A DNA stretch of 61,875 bases, filler included, from Choristocarpus tenellus KU-1152 (Eukaryota; Protista; Phaeophyceae): NCBI GenBank assembly GCA_964200185.2. It is 11 parts of 11 records of this genome, joined end to end, with 100 filler letters (N's around TTAATTAATTAA, not from the genome) between each part and the next. Parts side by side here need not be neighbours in the genome. Positions count along the whole stretch, not along the records: positions 48,391 to 57,219 come from CAXNAD020004285.1; positions 57,320 to 61,875 come from CAXNAD020014015.1; 9 more parts are not named here. One strand, 5' to 3'. Made by a program: the position numbers and the translations under genes. The notes beneath the pieces were generated by a model that had not been told where the DNA came from, searched no databases, and saw nothing but the letters and a program-made list of their open reading frames with translations. Of this stretch, positions 48,859-61,836 are shown one piece after another (the first letter of the stretch is position 1; every line of letters begins with the position of its first letter).

Positions 48859-51179
48859 CTTCCTCTTGGGGCGGTCCCTCCCTTTGGCCAGTGCCGCTTC
48901 CCTCTCCTGGTCCAATTGTTGTCGATACTTCATCATCTTTTTTCGATCTGAGCCAGCAATGTCTAGACGGTCCTCATTGTCCTATCTCGGGAGGGCCAAG
49001 GTGCATGAGTTATGTACAGGCAGTGGCAGCATCAGTACAAACACATCACACAGAAAAAGGATTTGAAAAAAAGTGGTAGGGGGGGGGGACAGATGCATGG
49101 TGAGCAAGAGCCTAACCATGCACAACACCAGCACTGGCAGTGTTGGCCATAGAGACCGTTCCAGGAATGGAACAAAAATCATGATCACAAGAGTGTGCTC
49201 AGAAAACAAGGCCGGGTACAGCTGTAGAAAAGCAGGGTGTGAGGGTTGTGCTGTGCCTCAGGAAAGGCGAGGCTTAAAAGAGACTACAATGAGGAGGATT
49301 TGGTTCTGAACAGCACTGCATAGCATCACACTCATGGTGGTTCCATGGAAGAGAGACATATGGTGGGATGTATTGACTCCCTGTCTGTAGGACAAGCAAA
49401 AGTTAGCAGCAGTTGGATTAAAATCACCTCCAGACTGTTGAGACCACATATAACTCTCTTTTAAGTCATCGTGGTAAGCCATTCTCACTGCACGCACTCT
49501 GTCTTCGACTCTTGGGTCAAACGCATTTGCCGAAACTATTACTCCGCACAAAAAATAACCTAACAACTTCACCTTCTTAGTGTATCAACACATATTCTAA
49601 CTTAAATTTTGACAAAACTCTTGACTACAAAAAAAAGAGAGAAAACAGGGACAGGAGAGCAGGCACATCACAACGCTCTTTAAAAAAAACGATTATTCAC
49701 ACGGCAATATTTAATCAATCAAAGGTAATCACAGTCCCCCCCCCCAGCCCCCAATGCCCTCATGGCATGAACTGACCTTCCGAAACTGCTCCCATGAAAC
49801 TCGGTGGGGATCATTGATCTTGTCCTTTATCGAGCGCTCCTGCTGCCCTGTCTGCATCCGCATAAATGCATCATATGTGGCGCTTGGCGCCTGAGGGCGA
49901 ACACGTAGCAAGAGCAGGTACAGCAGTGTGTGCATGTGTGGGTGGCAAGGGGATGAGGGGAAGCAATGGAGACCAGATTTTTAACTCGTACCTGGGGCTA
50001 AATGTAGGCAACTCAGTGTTCCAGAAGTGTGACATCTGGCTACCTCATGCTGTATGGCATCACAACCCAACCACTCCCATGTCAATGAGCTCACAAGAGC
50101 TAAGTATTTATTTGTCTCTATGTTACTCTCAAACCATATCTTAAAGTATCTGTACTCGCCCCTCCGACTAGGAAATCCTTTCTTCATGCTCATCGCGCTT
50201 ACAGAAACGGGTCACATGACTCTATGTAGGTGCAGTAGAGCGAGCAACCAGGAATTCGAGAAAGAGAGAGCTGCTGGATATAGGGTTATGACAGGTCGCT
50301 AGAGAACAAGAAGGACGGGTGTGCGATACAGCAGTATTTAGGCACGTATGTTCCGTGCAATGAGGTACTCTCCTAAGCGACTGCACAACTAACCTGATCA
50401 GCATCCTTGCTAGCCCCAGACAATGCCTGCGACTGCAGCGACTCCTTGTTCTTCAACTCCCTCTCGAAGCGCTTGTCATCCATATGCCTCTGGGTTTCAA
50501 GGAGGGTGGTTGGTGAGAATGTACCACGGTATTTCAGATTCACGGTAAGGTCAGTCAAGCGCTCGTGAAAGGATATTAATTGGGATTGTGGGCAAGAATA
50601 ACCGTAGGATGTTATAAGATGAGCCCCAGACAGTTCAGGACCCCATCTTTGGGGGGGTGTTATCAAAGATAAACCTGGGATTGGTGTCCTTGGGAATGAT
50701 ACTAGACAATGTTCAGGGTCTGGTCAAGTTAGTGACTGGGTCAACTACCTCATCCGAATGACATCTTCCATCAAGTATCACATATCTAGTGCGGCATACA
50801 AAGGTATAGTTTCCTCGACGATGGAGGCTTTAAAAACATCAATGGCATGACCTTTCGCCGGTGGCAATGAAACAATCTTGGCAAGGGGGCTCGAGTATGA
50901 GCGGTGCACCCTTGGGCCACCAACAGTTGACGACTATTTATAATAGAGTGAAGATTCCAATGGCTGACTACAGATTTTGTAGTATGGGACAGCGGGAGAA
51001 TACCAGGGGTGACTGGGGTTGGGTCAAACTAACCCCTCATCACCAAGTTAAGCACCACTTGCTCCTACCTGGTTGACCTTACTATAGTCGATAAGTGATT
51101 TCCCGCCTGATATTTCTTTCTCGAGCATTCGCAGTTCGCGTTGACGTTCTTTGCGAGACTTCTTCTTGGCGTCTGCCAT
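48859..51179 (-). CDS. FAM133: FAM133-like protein, spliced, 3' end unresolved
   Basis: Phase-0 exons 51179-51069, 50489-50394, 49890-49777, 48981-48859: ..SIKDKINDPHRVSWEQFRK-DNEDRLDIAGSDRKKMMKYRQQLDQEREAAL.., matching FAM133 'I.D.lnrpRptWE....' plus the charged helix. Confidence 0.7.
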
Positions 51180-51541
51180 CTTGTCCTTTGGTGTGTTGTT
51201 GGGACACAACAGTGGATGGGGGTGGAACACCAGTTGCTGATTAACGGAATCCACCCTAACACTTAAAGTCGTCACCAGCCAAAGCCTACACGATACCTCC
51301 TACACTTTCAAAGTCTTGGTCAACCGAGTCATACGCCCCAACTTCGCCCTCTCAGTCAAGTTTTTGGGATTGGGTTGTATCCAGCATCCAGCACTCGCTC
51401 AAAACACAAACATTGGAGTGGGAACCAGGGTTAGGGTTTTGATTGTTCGAAATTTTAATTTTGGTCTCCTATTCCTGTGTTGGAAAAGTACATCTTGTAT
51501 CAGGGACATGAAATCCTTTTTTGGGATCTCGTACACTGATG

Positions 51542-51725
51542 AGGATAATACGCGCGGTCATATACATTTGCGCGCGTCACCTTTTCGAATTGAGACCAGG
51601 GCAAGAAATGTGTTGTGGGTCAGACGCACGACTGGCACGTGATAACCCCAACATGAACGGTGGATTCAAACCAACAAACTGAGACTGTGTTTCTGTTCTG
51701 GGTGGTCACAACCAATCACATTGAA
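51542..51725 (-). mobile_element. Probable tRNA-derived SINE, copy 1
   Basis: About 150 bp shared with 57041-57196. The minus strand has a B-box-like GGTTTGAATCC near the head and a conserved end ..CGCGCGTATTATCC. Confidence 0.6.
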
Positions 51726-53818
51726 GATTGATCCACATGGTATTCTGAGGTTGTCAACATACACCCAGCATGCCTCAGTCTCATCTTTCACTTCCTTTTT
51801 GAACCTCATCATCTCTGGTGGTTCTCATCACCCCCCATCACACAGAACCAGATCCCATGACACTTGAATCAATATGTAACATATATACAAGATTGGTATG
51901 TACCCTTCAACCTGGTATGTATTTATAATATTAACCATATTTGTTCGTTGGACCTTTCATCAAACAAAACAAACGAATGTCAAGAAGAGATCTTTTGTTA
52001 ATTAAGATTATGAAAGATGGAATATCTTGACTCTTCCCTCTTCCAGATGATGTCGAAAATATAGGGTTTCATGTATCTATCCTTATCTCACATATGGTCT
52101 CAATTGTCCACTCTTTTTCTGCATTTTCCTATATTCATGGCAGGTGGTCTTCACTCTCCTCCGAAACCCCTTCTTTGTCCTCAGGCAGTTTCTCAACAAT
52201 GTCCTATTTTTCCTTGCGGCGTATGTTCGCACCATGCCACTGACGACCGTTCCCCATGCAGGTCTGCCCCCTAGTAAAAGCATCTACTGGCCATCCTTGA
52301 TATAAGTATGTCATTCCTGCCCCACCACTGATATCCTGTGGATATTTTCATTGGAAAAGAAGTAGAAGCAACGTATAAGAAGGGCATGACGACTACAACT
52401 ACCAGTAATGCATACAACAATCGCTTTCCTTCACAACAAGTAGTACGTAGAGAAGGCAGTATCATACCTGGAAAACGACAGACACCTTCTAACACAAGAA
52501 CAGTTTTTGTGTTGTGCCTGACAAGAAAAGGCAAAGATGTCATGGAACCTTTCTACAGGAACATTTCAACGTACCCAACAGCTTGCCACGATGGGATCTG
52601 ATGCTCTAATCCTCTAACCTAAATGTTGATGGTGAGGCCCAGAGACGGCACCTTATGAAGGGACAGTGTCTGACAACCAGTGAGATAGGTGGTTATCATA
52701 TTATACTTATGATAAACATGTATTTATTTCGAGCACAGTATACGGCTGAGGACAAATTTGCAAAAGTGGGCATAAGAACCAAACTTGATATCTGAAAAGT
52801 TGTGAGTTTTCAGAAGTCGTAATACAACTGAAAACTAATACACTATACAACCACTCACAATGGGTTCGAGAAAATTGAATTGATGTATGTTAAGTACTCG
52901 AGCAATAATTTGAGTCCATAACGGATGCAACAGTTTATTTCCGAAGCGGCACAACTGGTATGGCCCTATCAGGTTGAGTCATTTGCTTTGAAGCTGGACA
53001 CACTGGGACAGTGGGGAAGGTGAAATGAGGCCCCATCAATTCCTGGGATTTTCCCCTTCTTTCTAGACCGCCTTGTTGGTGCCAGTCTCGTGATAGGCGA
53101 TTAACGTCTACGTCGCTACTTGCGCTTTATGTACGTGGATAGTCGTGAAATGGCAGTTTCAAGTTTCCGTAGTTACAGTTAAATACCTAAAATTTGTTTT
53201 GGATTCTTCAAAGGGACCGACTTAGCAAATCAGAGCCCATCTGGAGCAACCTCATTAGTAAACTTCATAGATCGCTGCAGTTCACAGCAACATAAAAGAG
53301 GAAGAAGAGTGTCCCTTAGATATTTCTTCACTGGGAAAGATGCAGGATTGCTCCCCTTGTTGTACAGGTAGCCTCGTGTGAGGCGCTGACTCTGCCATTT
53401 ATGGAGAAATACAGTAACCACTGCTTCAGAGTGCGAGTGAAGGCATACTGAACATTCACACAATGTGTCTTCAATGCCTTCCGAGTGATTAGTTAATGCA
53501 ATCTAGGATAGATTAGAACATAAGGATTAGAATTGACAAAACTTATACTTCTATAGTGCTGTGAAGTGTATATTTGAAGTATCAGAAAATAATAAAACAA
53601 ATAAAAACGAAAGCAAAATCAATGCAGGGCTTTACACTGGACCACAGGCCCTATTTGCATATGATCGGTGCAATCCTCTTGCCCTCAGTTCTCACTGGTT
53701 CGTCCCTGTTGACAAAATTGAACTGCACGTTTCTGTTTTACGGATGCCATTCCAGTGCTGGAGTTCTGGGTGTAGTGTTCTATTCTAATTGTCCGCAGTG
53801 TACAGCCGTATAGTAGAA

Positions 53819-54077
53819 GAGTCAAACCTATTCGGAGGTAGGCAGGTTTGGATCCTTTTTGTACTCTAAGCCAACTTTCCCACCCCGTGCAATACACTCT
53901 ACCTCATTGCTTTATGTGCACAATATTCACGTATAATTGCTATCCCCCCATTCCACATATTGAATTACACCAAAATTCAGCAAAGGCTCTTCCTGTAATT
54001 GTACAAAATTGCATATTATTACCCTTTCTGGGGATCCTTGAAATGCAACCCTGCCTAGCTCTCAGTTGGTTCGACTC
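53819..54077 (+). mobile_element. Complete 259-bp MITE, family B ('empty' reference copy)
   Basis: TIRs GAGTCAAACCTATTCGGAGGTAGGCAGG / CCTGCCTAGCTCTCAGTTGGTTCGACTC; perfect 4-bp TSD AGAA. Confidence 0.9.
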
Positions 54078-54359
54078 AGAAACTTGAGCCATTTGTCCTT
54101 AAGCATCCAAAACTTCCTCTCAAGTGATATGTCTTACATATCTAGTATGTTGAACTATTGGACTGTATGTTGTTAATATTGTATTTTGCTAGGTCAGAGG
54201 CAAATAACTCGTATCTGAACTGATCTAGTGGAATTCTTATGATCAGAGAACAAGTAAACAAGCAAAGTGAAGGTTCTATAACTGTGGCTAATTGATAGGT
54301 CACCTTCTTCTTGTGCATCTCTCTTCATATATATATATGTATACCTCCTACCAAGTTTC

Positions 54360-55300
54360 GAAGGAGTCGTTAGAACTCAGTTTGCTACAATGGATCTCGG
54401 TGGAGGTGTCTGTGCCATCGTGAGCCTCCAAGATAGACAAACTTGTTGATTTATTTGTAACTTCGTTCTGAGGCCTCAATCTGCATTTCGTTTGCTAACT
54501 CGATGGAGATCTGGAGGGACATAGTCTCCATCTTCTTCTCCAACACTATCAGTCCAAATACTTTGACACTGATATGATCATGACCACTATGTTGACCAAG
54601 CTTTCTTGAGTCTGTAGCGCAATGCCCACATCATTTGTAAAAACATGTACTGTCATCACAGTAGTAACTGTGAAGACATTTTCTTGATCCCTCCCCACTT
54701 CCCCAATACCTAGTATTTTCCACGAACACAGAGTCTCTCAATCACTGTGGTAAGCGTTGCATTAAAATGCGCCTTCTTGAAGGTCAACAAACGTATGTAC
54801 AAGGGCGGGCTCTTCACTTACCCAAGCTCTAGCAAGATACACCACCAAAATCATGTCAATGGTCGATTACTGAGTTTCGAATCCACAACTTCTCCTCAGG
54901 TAGTACACCCTCCTGCTCAACATAGGCTCCCACGTGTCATTCGGAATGTTCGAGGAACACCTTTTTTGTCAGCACGTCACAGATGACATACCCCTGTCGT
55001 TTCCCCATTCAGCATTCTTCCTTCATACTTCCGCCTCTGGGGTACAACCTTAGGCAGTCACTCAGTAAGTACGATGTCCAACAACTGTAGCGAACCTGCA
55101 CAAGGAGGGGGTCTCACTCAGTCCAGCCTGAGGGATTCCCGCTGGAAGGTTATGAGCCCCCATAACCCTCCTGTTTGCCAAAGCACTTATGGCGCTCTTC
55201 AACTTATCTATCGTAGGCTCATCAGCCAGTGACCTCTGTAAGGGATAGTGGTCCGAGGGAGATGGTGACAGTTGGGTTGGGCTCGGCCGATTTGGCGTTC
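54360..55300 (-). mobile_element. Decayed RTE-type LINE reverse transcriptase
   Basis: LADEPTIDKLKSAISALANRRVMGAHNLPA..VVPQ; later VFTNDVGIAL (YADD position)..GLIVLEKKMETM..INKFVYLGG; many lesions. Confidence 0.75.
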
Positions 55301-56127
55301 ATTATAGCCTGAAATGCCTCGTCCATCGCCCAAGAATAGATCCTACTTCTCTCAGCAACTTGCCCATCTCAATCTGGGATGAACAGAGAGTCCCCCCTGT
55401 ATGCCTCCGTCTACATTGAACCTCTCAGGTGTTGTTAGAAAGCAGCCCTATCCCCTCACCGAAAGTGCTCTTCCATCTCCGTGTAGGTAACAAGAAAATG
55501 CTGTACATAAGATAATCTCTTTTGTTTCACAAGTTTATCAGCCATCTTCATCGCAAATTAGGGAGTACCGCTTTGTTGGTCAGCACATACTTCTATCCAG
55601 ATAATTTCCTCCCTTACTTGCAATCTCTCCAGAATACATCCTCAAAGCTCAGTACCGTAACATAATCTTGGAGAAGCAGCCTTCCGTTTGGGAGGCAATG
55701 TTAGTTTTGGTGTGATCTCTGACGTACAGGTGGTGTACATTGTTATTAAAACGATAGTTGATAAATAATTATCTTCTTGTTATTTACTGTCTGGGGAATA
55801 CCCTAACATGTGGTCAGAAGTACCACACACAGCGCTTACTTATCTAACCAACCACCAAGTACTAGCATCTACTACTGACTGACTATTGCACTATGACTAA
55901 TTTTACAGCCTCCATTTCAGCACACCCATCACTCATCGTTCCATTCCCTCGCCCAAATCTCGTACTGCACACCCATTCAAGTTTCCACTCGATCTTGATC
56001 CTATGTTTCTGTGATACAGCCACAAGACAGGATAGTACAGGCGTACGTTGAGTGTGCAATCTATTGTATTTCCCACGCGGGATTAGAAAATCAAAACCAG
56101 ACTTGCGTGAGAAGAAGCCTGATGTGA

Positions 56128-56192
56128 AAGGAGTACGAATCATCGAAATTCACTGAGAGAACAGTCGCCTTAACCACTGGCTACGAGGATGT
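56128..56192 (-). mobile_element. tRNA-like SINE head or tRNA pseudogene
   Basis: Minus strand GTAGCCAGTGGTTAAGGCGACTG (A box of tRNA-Ser/Leu type) ... GATTCGTACTCC (degenerate B box); no proper cloverleaf. Confidence 0.4.
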
Positions 56193-56245
56193 CCGCATGG
56201 ATGCCATGGTGTCAACGACCTCGTCCTTCACTACTTCAAGACTAA

Positions 56246-56458
56246 GAGCCAAACCAATTGAGAGGTAGGTAGGTTTGGAACCTCTTCTATTCAAAGTACT
56301 CTTTCTTACCCTATCGAGTACACCCTAGTTCATTGGTGTATGTCAACAATAGTGTACGCAAAAATTGATATTCCCCCTTTCCACGCATGAAGTGTCACCA
56401 TAATTCATCAAATGCCCTTCCTGGAATTGTGGAAAATGTCATATTTTTACTCTTTCTC
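56246..56458 (+). mobile_element. MITE family B copy lacking its right TIR
   Basis: GAGCCAAACCAATTGAGAGGTAGGTAGGTTTGG start; colinear with the 53819 copy for ~210 bp, then diverges. Confidence 0.8.
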
Positions 56459-56802
56459 GATAATGTCCTTACATTCTGTATTCGATTTGTCCATCAAACA
56501 ATCTCTCCTTCCCAATATTTGGATCTAATTGCGGATCTTTGAAGAGTCGAACCTATATTGATATTTATTCGATTTATCCTATTTGTCTAAGTGGAGAACA
56601 TTTAGGGAGATGCTTATGGGGTATGCACGTGCCCAGGTATATAGAGGCACCCAGTTGTACAAAAAAAATGGAACAAATATAATCTGGAACAATGGTGAAG
56701 GACATTTTCAAGAACATTTATTACATCATTAGTTCAAATTAAACAAAAAACGAGTATGAAGCAATAAACTTCATGGTGGAAGGTGGACAAATACTCTAAC
56801 GA

Positions 56803-56878
56803 TTAGTGTTAGTGTTAGTGTTAGTATTAGTGTTAGTGTTAGTGTTGGTGATAGTGATAGTATTAGGGTTAGGGTTAG
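56803..56878 (+). repeat. (TTAGTG)n grading into TTAGGG; interstitial telomere-like repeat
   Basis: Direct inspection. Confidence 0.7.
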
Positions 56879-57040
56879 AAGAATTAGTATGAATGAGGTT
56901 CTCATATGAAGTTAGGTACGACGTGCGTGACTAGTACACCTACTAATAATTACATAAGAAAGGGAGATAACATAATAATGTATATATAGTTAGGATTGTC
57001 AGGGACAGGTCACCTTCATTGAGTTCTCCAGTATTGGTAA

Positions 57041-57196
57041 GGATAATACGCGCGGTCGTATACATTTGCGCGCGTCACCTTTTGCAATTGAGACCAGGAC
57101 AAGTGATGTGTTGTGGGTCAGAGACGCACGACCGGCACGTGGTAACCCCGGCATGAACAGTGGATTCAAACCAGCAAAGCCGATGTTGTGTTTTCT
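57041..57196 (-). mobile_element. Probable tRNA-derived SINE, copy 2, head interrupted by a MITE terminus at 57197
   Basis: High similarity to 51542-51695. Confidence 0.6.
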
Positions 57197-57789
57197 GGGT
57201 CAAAGTATCTTGGGGGGGGNNNNNNNNNNNNNNNNNNNNNNNNNNNNNNNNNNNNNNNNNNNNTTAATTAATTAANNNNNNNNNNNNNNNNNNNNNNNNN
57301 NNNNNNNNNNNNNNNNNNNCCTCCTCCTGTGGGTCTTCCCGCTCCCCTTCATTACGAAGAACCTGTCGGCTGCTTCCACCTGTTTCACACTACTACAGTA
57401 ATATAGTCATTATTATGCCACCTCAGATTTATTGAACTCCCCCCACACTCACACAAAACAATATTAGTTTGAAGGTGTGGACGAAGGCTGGCGAGCAGCT
57501 AAAACGGGTGAGGGTGTCTGTCTTGTAGGAATTTCTCGACACCTACACAAGGAAGATGGGAAATCTTATTCAGCATCAAAACCAACCTCGTTTCTTTCAA
57601 CACTAAAATGGCTTCTATGTCGAGAGAATTAGATTGTCTCTCAGCACATTCATGACAAGTATAGACGGGTACTGAAGGAGCAAGCATCCCTTATGGAACC
57701 GTGGATGAGATGCTTCAAAGTGACCCTTAGAGTACCAAGCCAGTTGATCTCAGCCCTCATAGTGCTGAACCCTCGACGAAAGACCCATA

Positions 57790-58475
57790 TCCATAACCCT
57801 CGTTACTCCACCAACCATGATTGAGGTGCCAGAAACACTCCCAGGCAATAAGGATGTGGGTCCCGATTTTCTTCCACATAAGATCTTAAGGCTGGGCCTA
57901 CAGGGCATGTGGCTTTCCTCCAGGGATTCCATAAGATTGTGTTGGCTGTGTGGAACCAAGGAGTCGTCTCACTGGTCTCTAAAGAGGCGGTCATCATCGT
58001 GCTCTACAAGAACGTCAGCATTGATTATCACAACTATAGGGGCACCCCATTGGTGGCATATCCTGGCAGAGTCCTCAAATTTGTTGCATGGGGGGTGGGG
58101 GATTGCCAGGAACAGGAGAACATCCTTCTTGATGAACAGTGTGGTTTCCGTCCCCGACGCTCCAGAGCGGACATGATGTACACTGTACGTGCCCTCCAAG
58201 ACCTTGGCGGGGAGAAGCATATATCCCTATTCACGAGTTTGATCAATCTGCATAAAGCATGTATTGGTTTTAACCTCCTATGGGTCGTCCTGTCCAAATT
58301 TGAAATATATCCAAAGATGATCTCTGTTATCCTTCAATTTCATTATATGAGGGCATGTGTTCATTTGCATAGATGAGGATGAGTATACGGACTGGTTCGA
58401 GGTTGAACAGGGTCTTCGGTGAGGGTATGTTCTTGGTCCTATGCCCTTTAACATCTTCTTCACTACATTTCTAAT
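57790..58475 (+). mobile_element. Decayed RTE-type LINE reverse transcriptase
   Basis: GNKDVGPDFLP..FHKIVLAVW..IIVLYK..NYRGTPLV..DEQCGFRPRRS..LFTSLINLHKA..WFEVEQGLR*GYVLGPMPFNIFF (RT domains 0-4), with frameshifts and stops. Confidence 0.92.
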
Positions 58476-61400
58476 ATTGGGATTAAAGAGTTCCAACGAC
58501 CATGTCAGGAAAAGACAACCCATAAACAACTAGATCATTGATCAACGAGTAATAGATCAAATAAAAGAAGATTATCTCGGGTTCGCATTCTAGCAAATTC
58601 CAAAAAGGAATATTAAACAGTTTGAAATTTACTGTGCAACCTACAGCAACCATTTTCGGAGTTCTACAGAAATATTTCATACGAAAACTATTCCGGAATA
58701 AGTGAAATTAAATTCTCTGGAGCAATATTTTTACGTAGATATTTTTGTGGAACCAAAATATGCAGTTCCAGCCTTTTACTCTAAAATATCCTTGACAGAT
58801 CAATTTGTGACTCAACATTTCCAAATAATTTGAAGCCTTGCTTTATCCTTCAATTGACTACAACCACCTTCACAACCATAGTACTCCAACAGTATCACAC
58901 CGAAAGGCGAAGGGGGGGGGCTGTACCTAGGCAGCAGGGGTGAGCAGTGCCAAAGGATCTATCTATATCTGCCTCTACAAAGAAAAGCAGAAGGCCTAAC
59001 AAAATATACATGTGTAACGGTGGGGTCTGTGCATGCGTTGGTGTTACAAAGTGACAAGGGGTTTATTATTATCTGAACTAGTGAAAGTATCAACGGCCAG
59101 GGCCCTGGCATTTACAGTATAGATTGAAATCTTTTCCAGGGTAAACATCATCCTCTCAATAATTATTGGTAAAAAAAAATGAATATGCAAGGGTACAAGA
59201 GCTGGGGGGGATTCTGACGTTACGAAGATGCACTGCTTCGTATCCAGCAACAATAACCACGTTTAAAAAAATGTCCTTGCTAAGCGGAGCATAGTTCCAG
59301 TGGCTTTGACCAGGATTTCGATTTAGTCAGATACATAAAATGACTATGAAAGAAACTCTTCACGGTTTGTGTGGACTTGTACCGTTTGCGGTAAACGCAC
59401 AACGTCATGTCATATTGCTCGCCCAACCCCTAATTTCCAAGTTGGTGGAAAGAATGGATTTCCGAATCAGTTGGCGTCCCCCCTGAAAAGGTCCCTATCT
59501 AAAGCTCTGAGATTTTCGAATCTAACAAGGACAGTTTTTTGGGTGCAAAAGGGGGGAGGTGCAGGTTCGACTTAAGTCGCCTTGGTTTAATGAGGATGCA
59601 AAAGGTGTAAAGTTTATACATGAGGAAGACAAGAGACCCTGGACTGGGACCAGTAGTATAGGATAGATTGGTTCAGCCCAAGGTGTGTGGACTGCTCGGT
59701 GAGGGTGAGGGCGAGGGAGCTATGGGGGGGGGCATGAAAGAGGAACCATATTAGAATATTGTTTTTCCCCCTACCCAGTTGAAGCAAGATTTCATTTTTC
59801 TGTCCTGACCTGTCCAGTGGAAGTTTTGGATGGGGTTATTCCATAGTGTACATGGGATGAATAATGAAAGTGTCGAAAATACTCTGGACAGATATTCTCT
59901 TTCGTTTGGAGGAAAGGTCGTACAACAGAGTTGTATCACGTACATAAAATATATACGTACCTTAGGTTGTCTCATGTTCATTCTGATAGTAAAATAAAAA
60001 GTTGTGTCCATAATTCACTGTTTTTTATCTCCATTCCCTATGTACATAGTTTGCATCGGGGGGTCGATTGTGGTTTAGTGTTTGGCTTCGAACAGAAGGA
60101 AGAAGGGGTTTTGTGCTTGTGGTTTTTGAAGTTTTGTGCTTAGGGTATAGCCGGTTTCGCTGGGTTGTTGGATCTCCGCCGTTATGTGACTAATTTGGTT
60201 ACTGCTTGGAGGAAGGATGGCTCAGTAGCGTCTTCCAGCCATCTCTGTGATTCGCAGTTTTTCTCCTGGCATTTCGAATTGTCCCAGGAGGAGTTCTCTG
60301 CTATATTTTGTCCACCGCTGGTGTGTAGGAGGAGCACGAGATTGGGATGGTAGTATGCAGGGGACGATGTACATGGACAAAAATGTTCTGTCTGGGAAAA
60401 CACGCACAATCTCAACCAACTGTGTTTGTGGCACTGGTGCTATCCTGTCTGTGCAGCGTGGACGAATGAGCTTTGAGTGATACCATGTAAGAGGTGGTGT
60501 CATAGAGTTTTAAGTGCCCCTAAAAGACTGACATTGGTGCATGTGTTTTTAGAATGGAATGCACTTTCGGACAAAAATGTGATCACAGCAAATCTTATTC
60601 TACTGGCACATCTTCCTTATCGGTACTAAGTGAATTTGGGGCTTGGAAATGGTGCATATTGCATAAGGCTCTAAATGACCTCGAAACTCAAAATGGATAA
60701 GATCGAACCCCTTCGTATATGGTTTAGTTCTTTGCGAGTTTTATTTAGTACCCCTGCCAGCATCCAGTCGTGAACGTGATACACACAGGGGTATTGGGAA
60801 TTGTAGAATAAACACATATAAGCGCACCACTAACTCTGTCACCATGAACGGTGGAGATCATATGTCTTAGCCGCCATTTATATCCGTAGATATCATGCAG
60901 ATCCAGGAACCGGATCACAACGACAGGCAGAGTGCCAAGCTTGTACTCATTGGGCGCACTATCAGTGACGAAACGGCATTTGCATGTTGAAGTTTACATT
61001 TACTTGAAGTAAATATGAGTGGACCTCGCAACCCCCCCCTCACTCACTTTTTCTTGTTCACTCTTCTCTGAGTGATCTTCTGTGAAAGGTTGCCCACTCT
61101 ACTGCCTTGGCTCTCTCCATCCCTTCCTCCTGTGGGTCTTAGTGTTACAGCAGAAGAAAACCCAGGCTGTAGTAGGGAGCTACCAAGAATCCTAAGTGCT
61201 GAGGTGAATACTGAGTACCCTCTCTAGCTTGAAGAGACCAGGTAGGACCTCCATGTTACAACATGCTCCAGAAGCTTACCTCCACAGGATGTATAGTTCC
61301 AGTCCACAAGCCTATACATGACGATGACGCACGTACAGGACTCCTGATGCACAAGGCACTTGGATTATTCCCTTCAAAAGTATCATCAATATCATCATAC

Positions 61401-61836
61401 AAAAGGGACTGGTAACGATGTACCACCTAAGTCATGATAATAACTAAATAATAATATATAGTCAAAAAGTACAAATATATAAAATCTAGGACTTCAAGGT
61501 CATGATGGTGTTTATGAAACCGCCATCGAGACATATTGCCTGTAACATGCCCCCCAAGCATGAAGCATAACTGCTTCAATGCGATAAACAGGCGATTGGA
61601 CAAGGAAATATAATGTCATTTCCAGGTCCTAACATATCAGTAGGTAGTGTTAGGGATCCAGCGGAGGAGGAAATCTGGAGAAAAAAAAACTTCCAACGTT
61701 TGCCCTGACGACAGATGTGCTAGTGTGACACTCACGCACCTCACAGCACTCACTCTGCATTTGACTCAACGTTCAAAAGAAAACTTCCTACACCAGAGTC
61801 TCTCACACACATCAAAAGTAGGGTACTGCCTAAAAA

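Noticed and set aside
48391-48951. 186-aa ORF with HITHSTDMV repeats
   Set aside because: Translation of a 27-bp minisatellite that is open in several frames; the rest is antisense to FAM133-like exons.
49258-49572. ORF with a signal-peptide-like start nested in the FAM133-like intron
   Set aside because: GTG start, no recognisable domain, no splice support.
122-51179. Apparent clustering of RNA-processing genes (NCBP1, C9orf78, FAM133) as a functional system
   Set aside because: They lie on different contigs joined artificially; there is no evidence of linkage.
53245-53505. Exon-like minus-strand frame (IALTNHSEGIEDTLCECSVCLH..KFTNE)
   Set aside because: Plausible splice sites but no family recognised and no phase-linked neighbouring exons found.
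56128-56192. Functional tRNA gene
   Set aside because: A box is good but acceptor and T stems do not pair; kept only as a SINE-like head.
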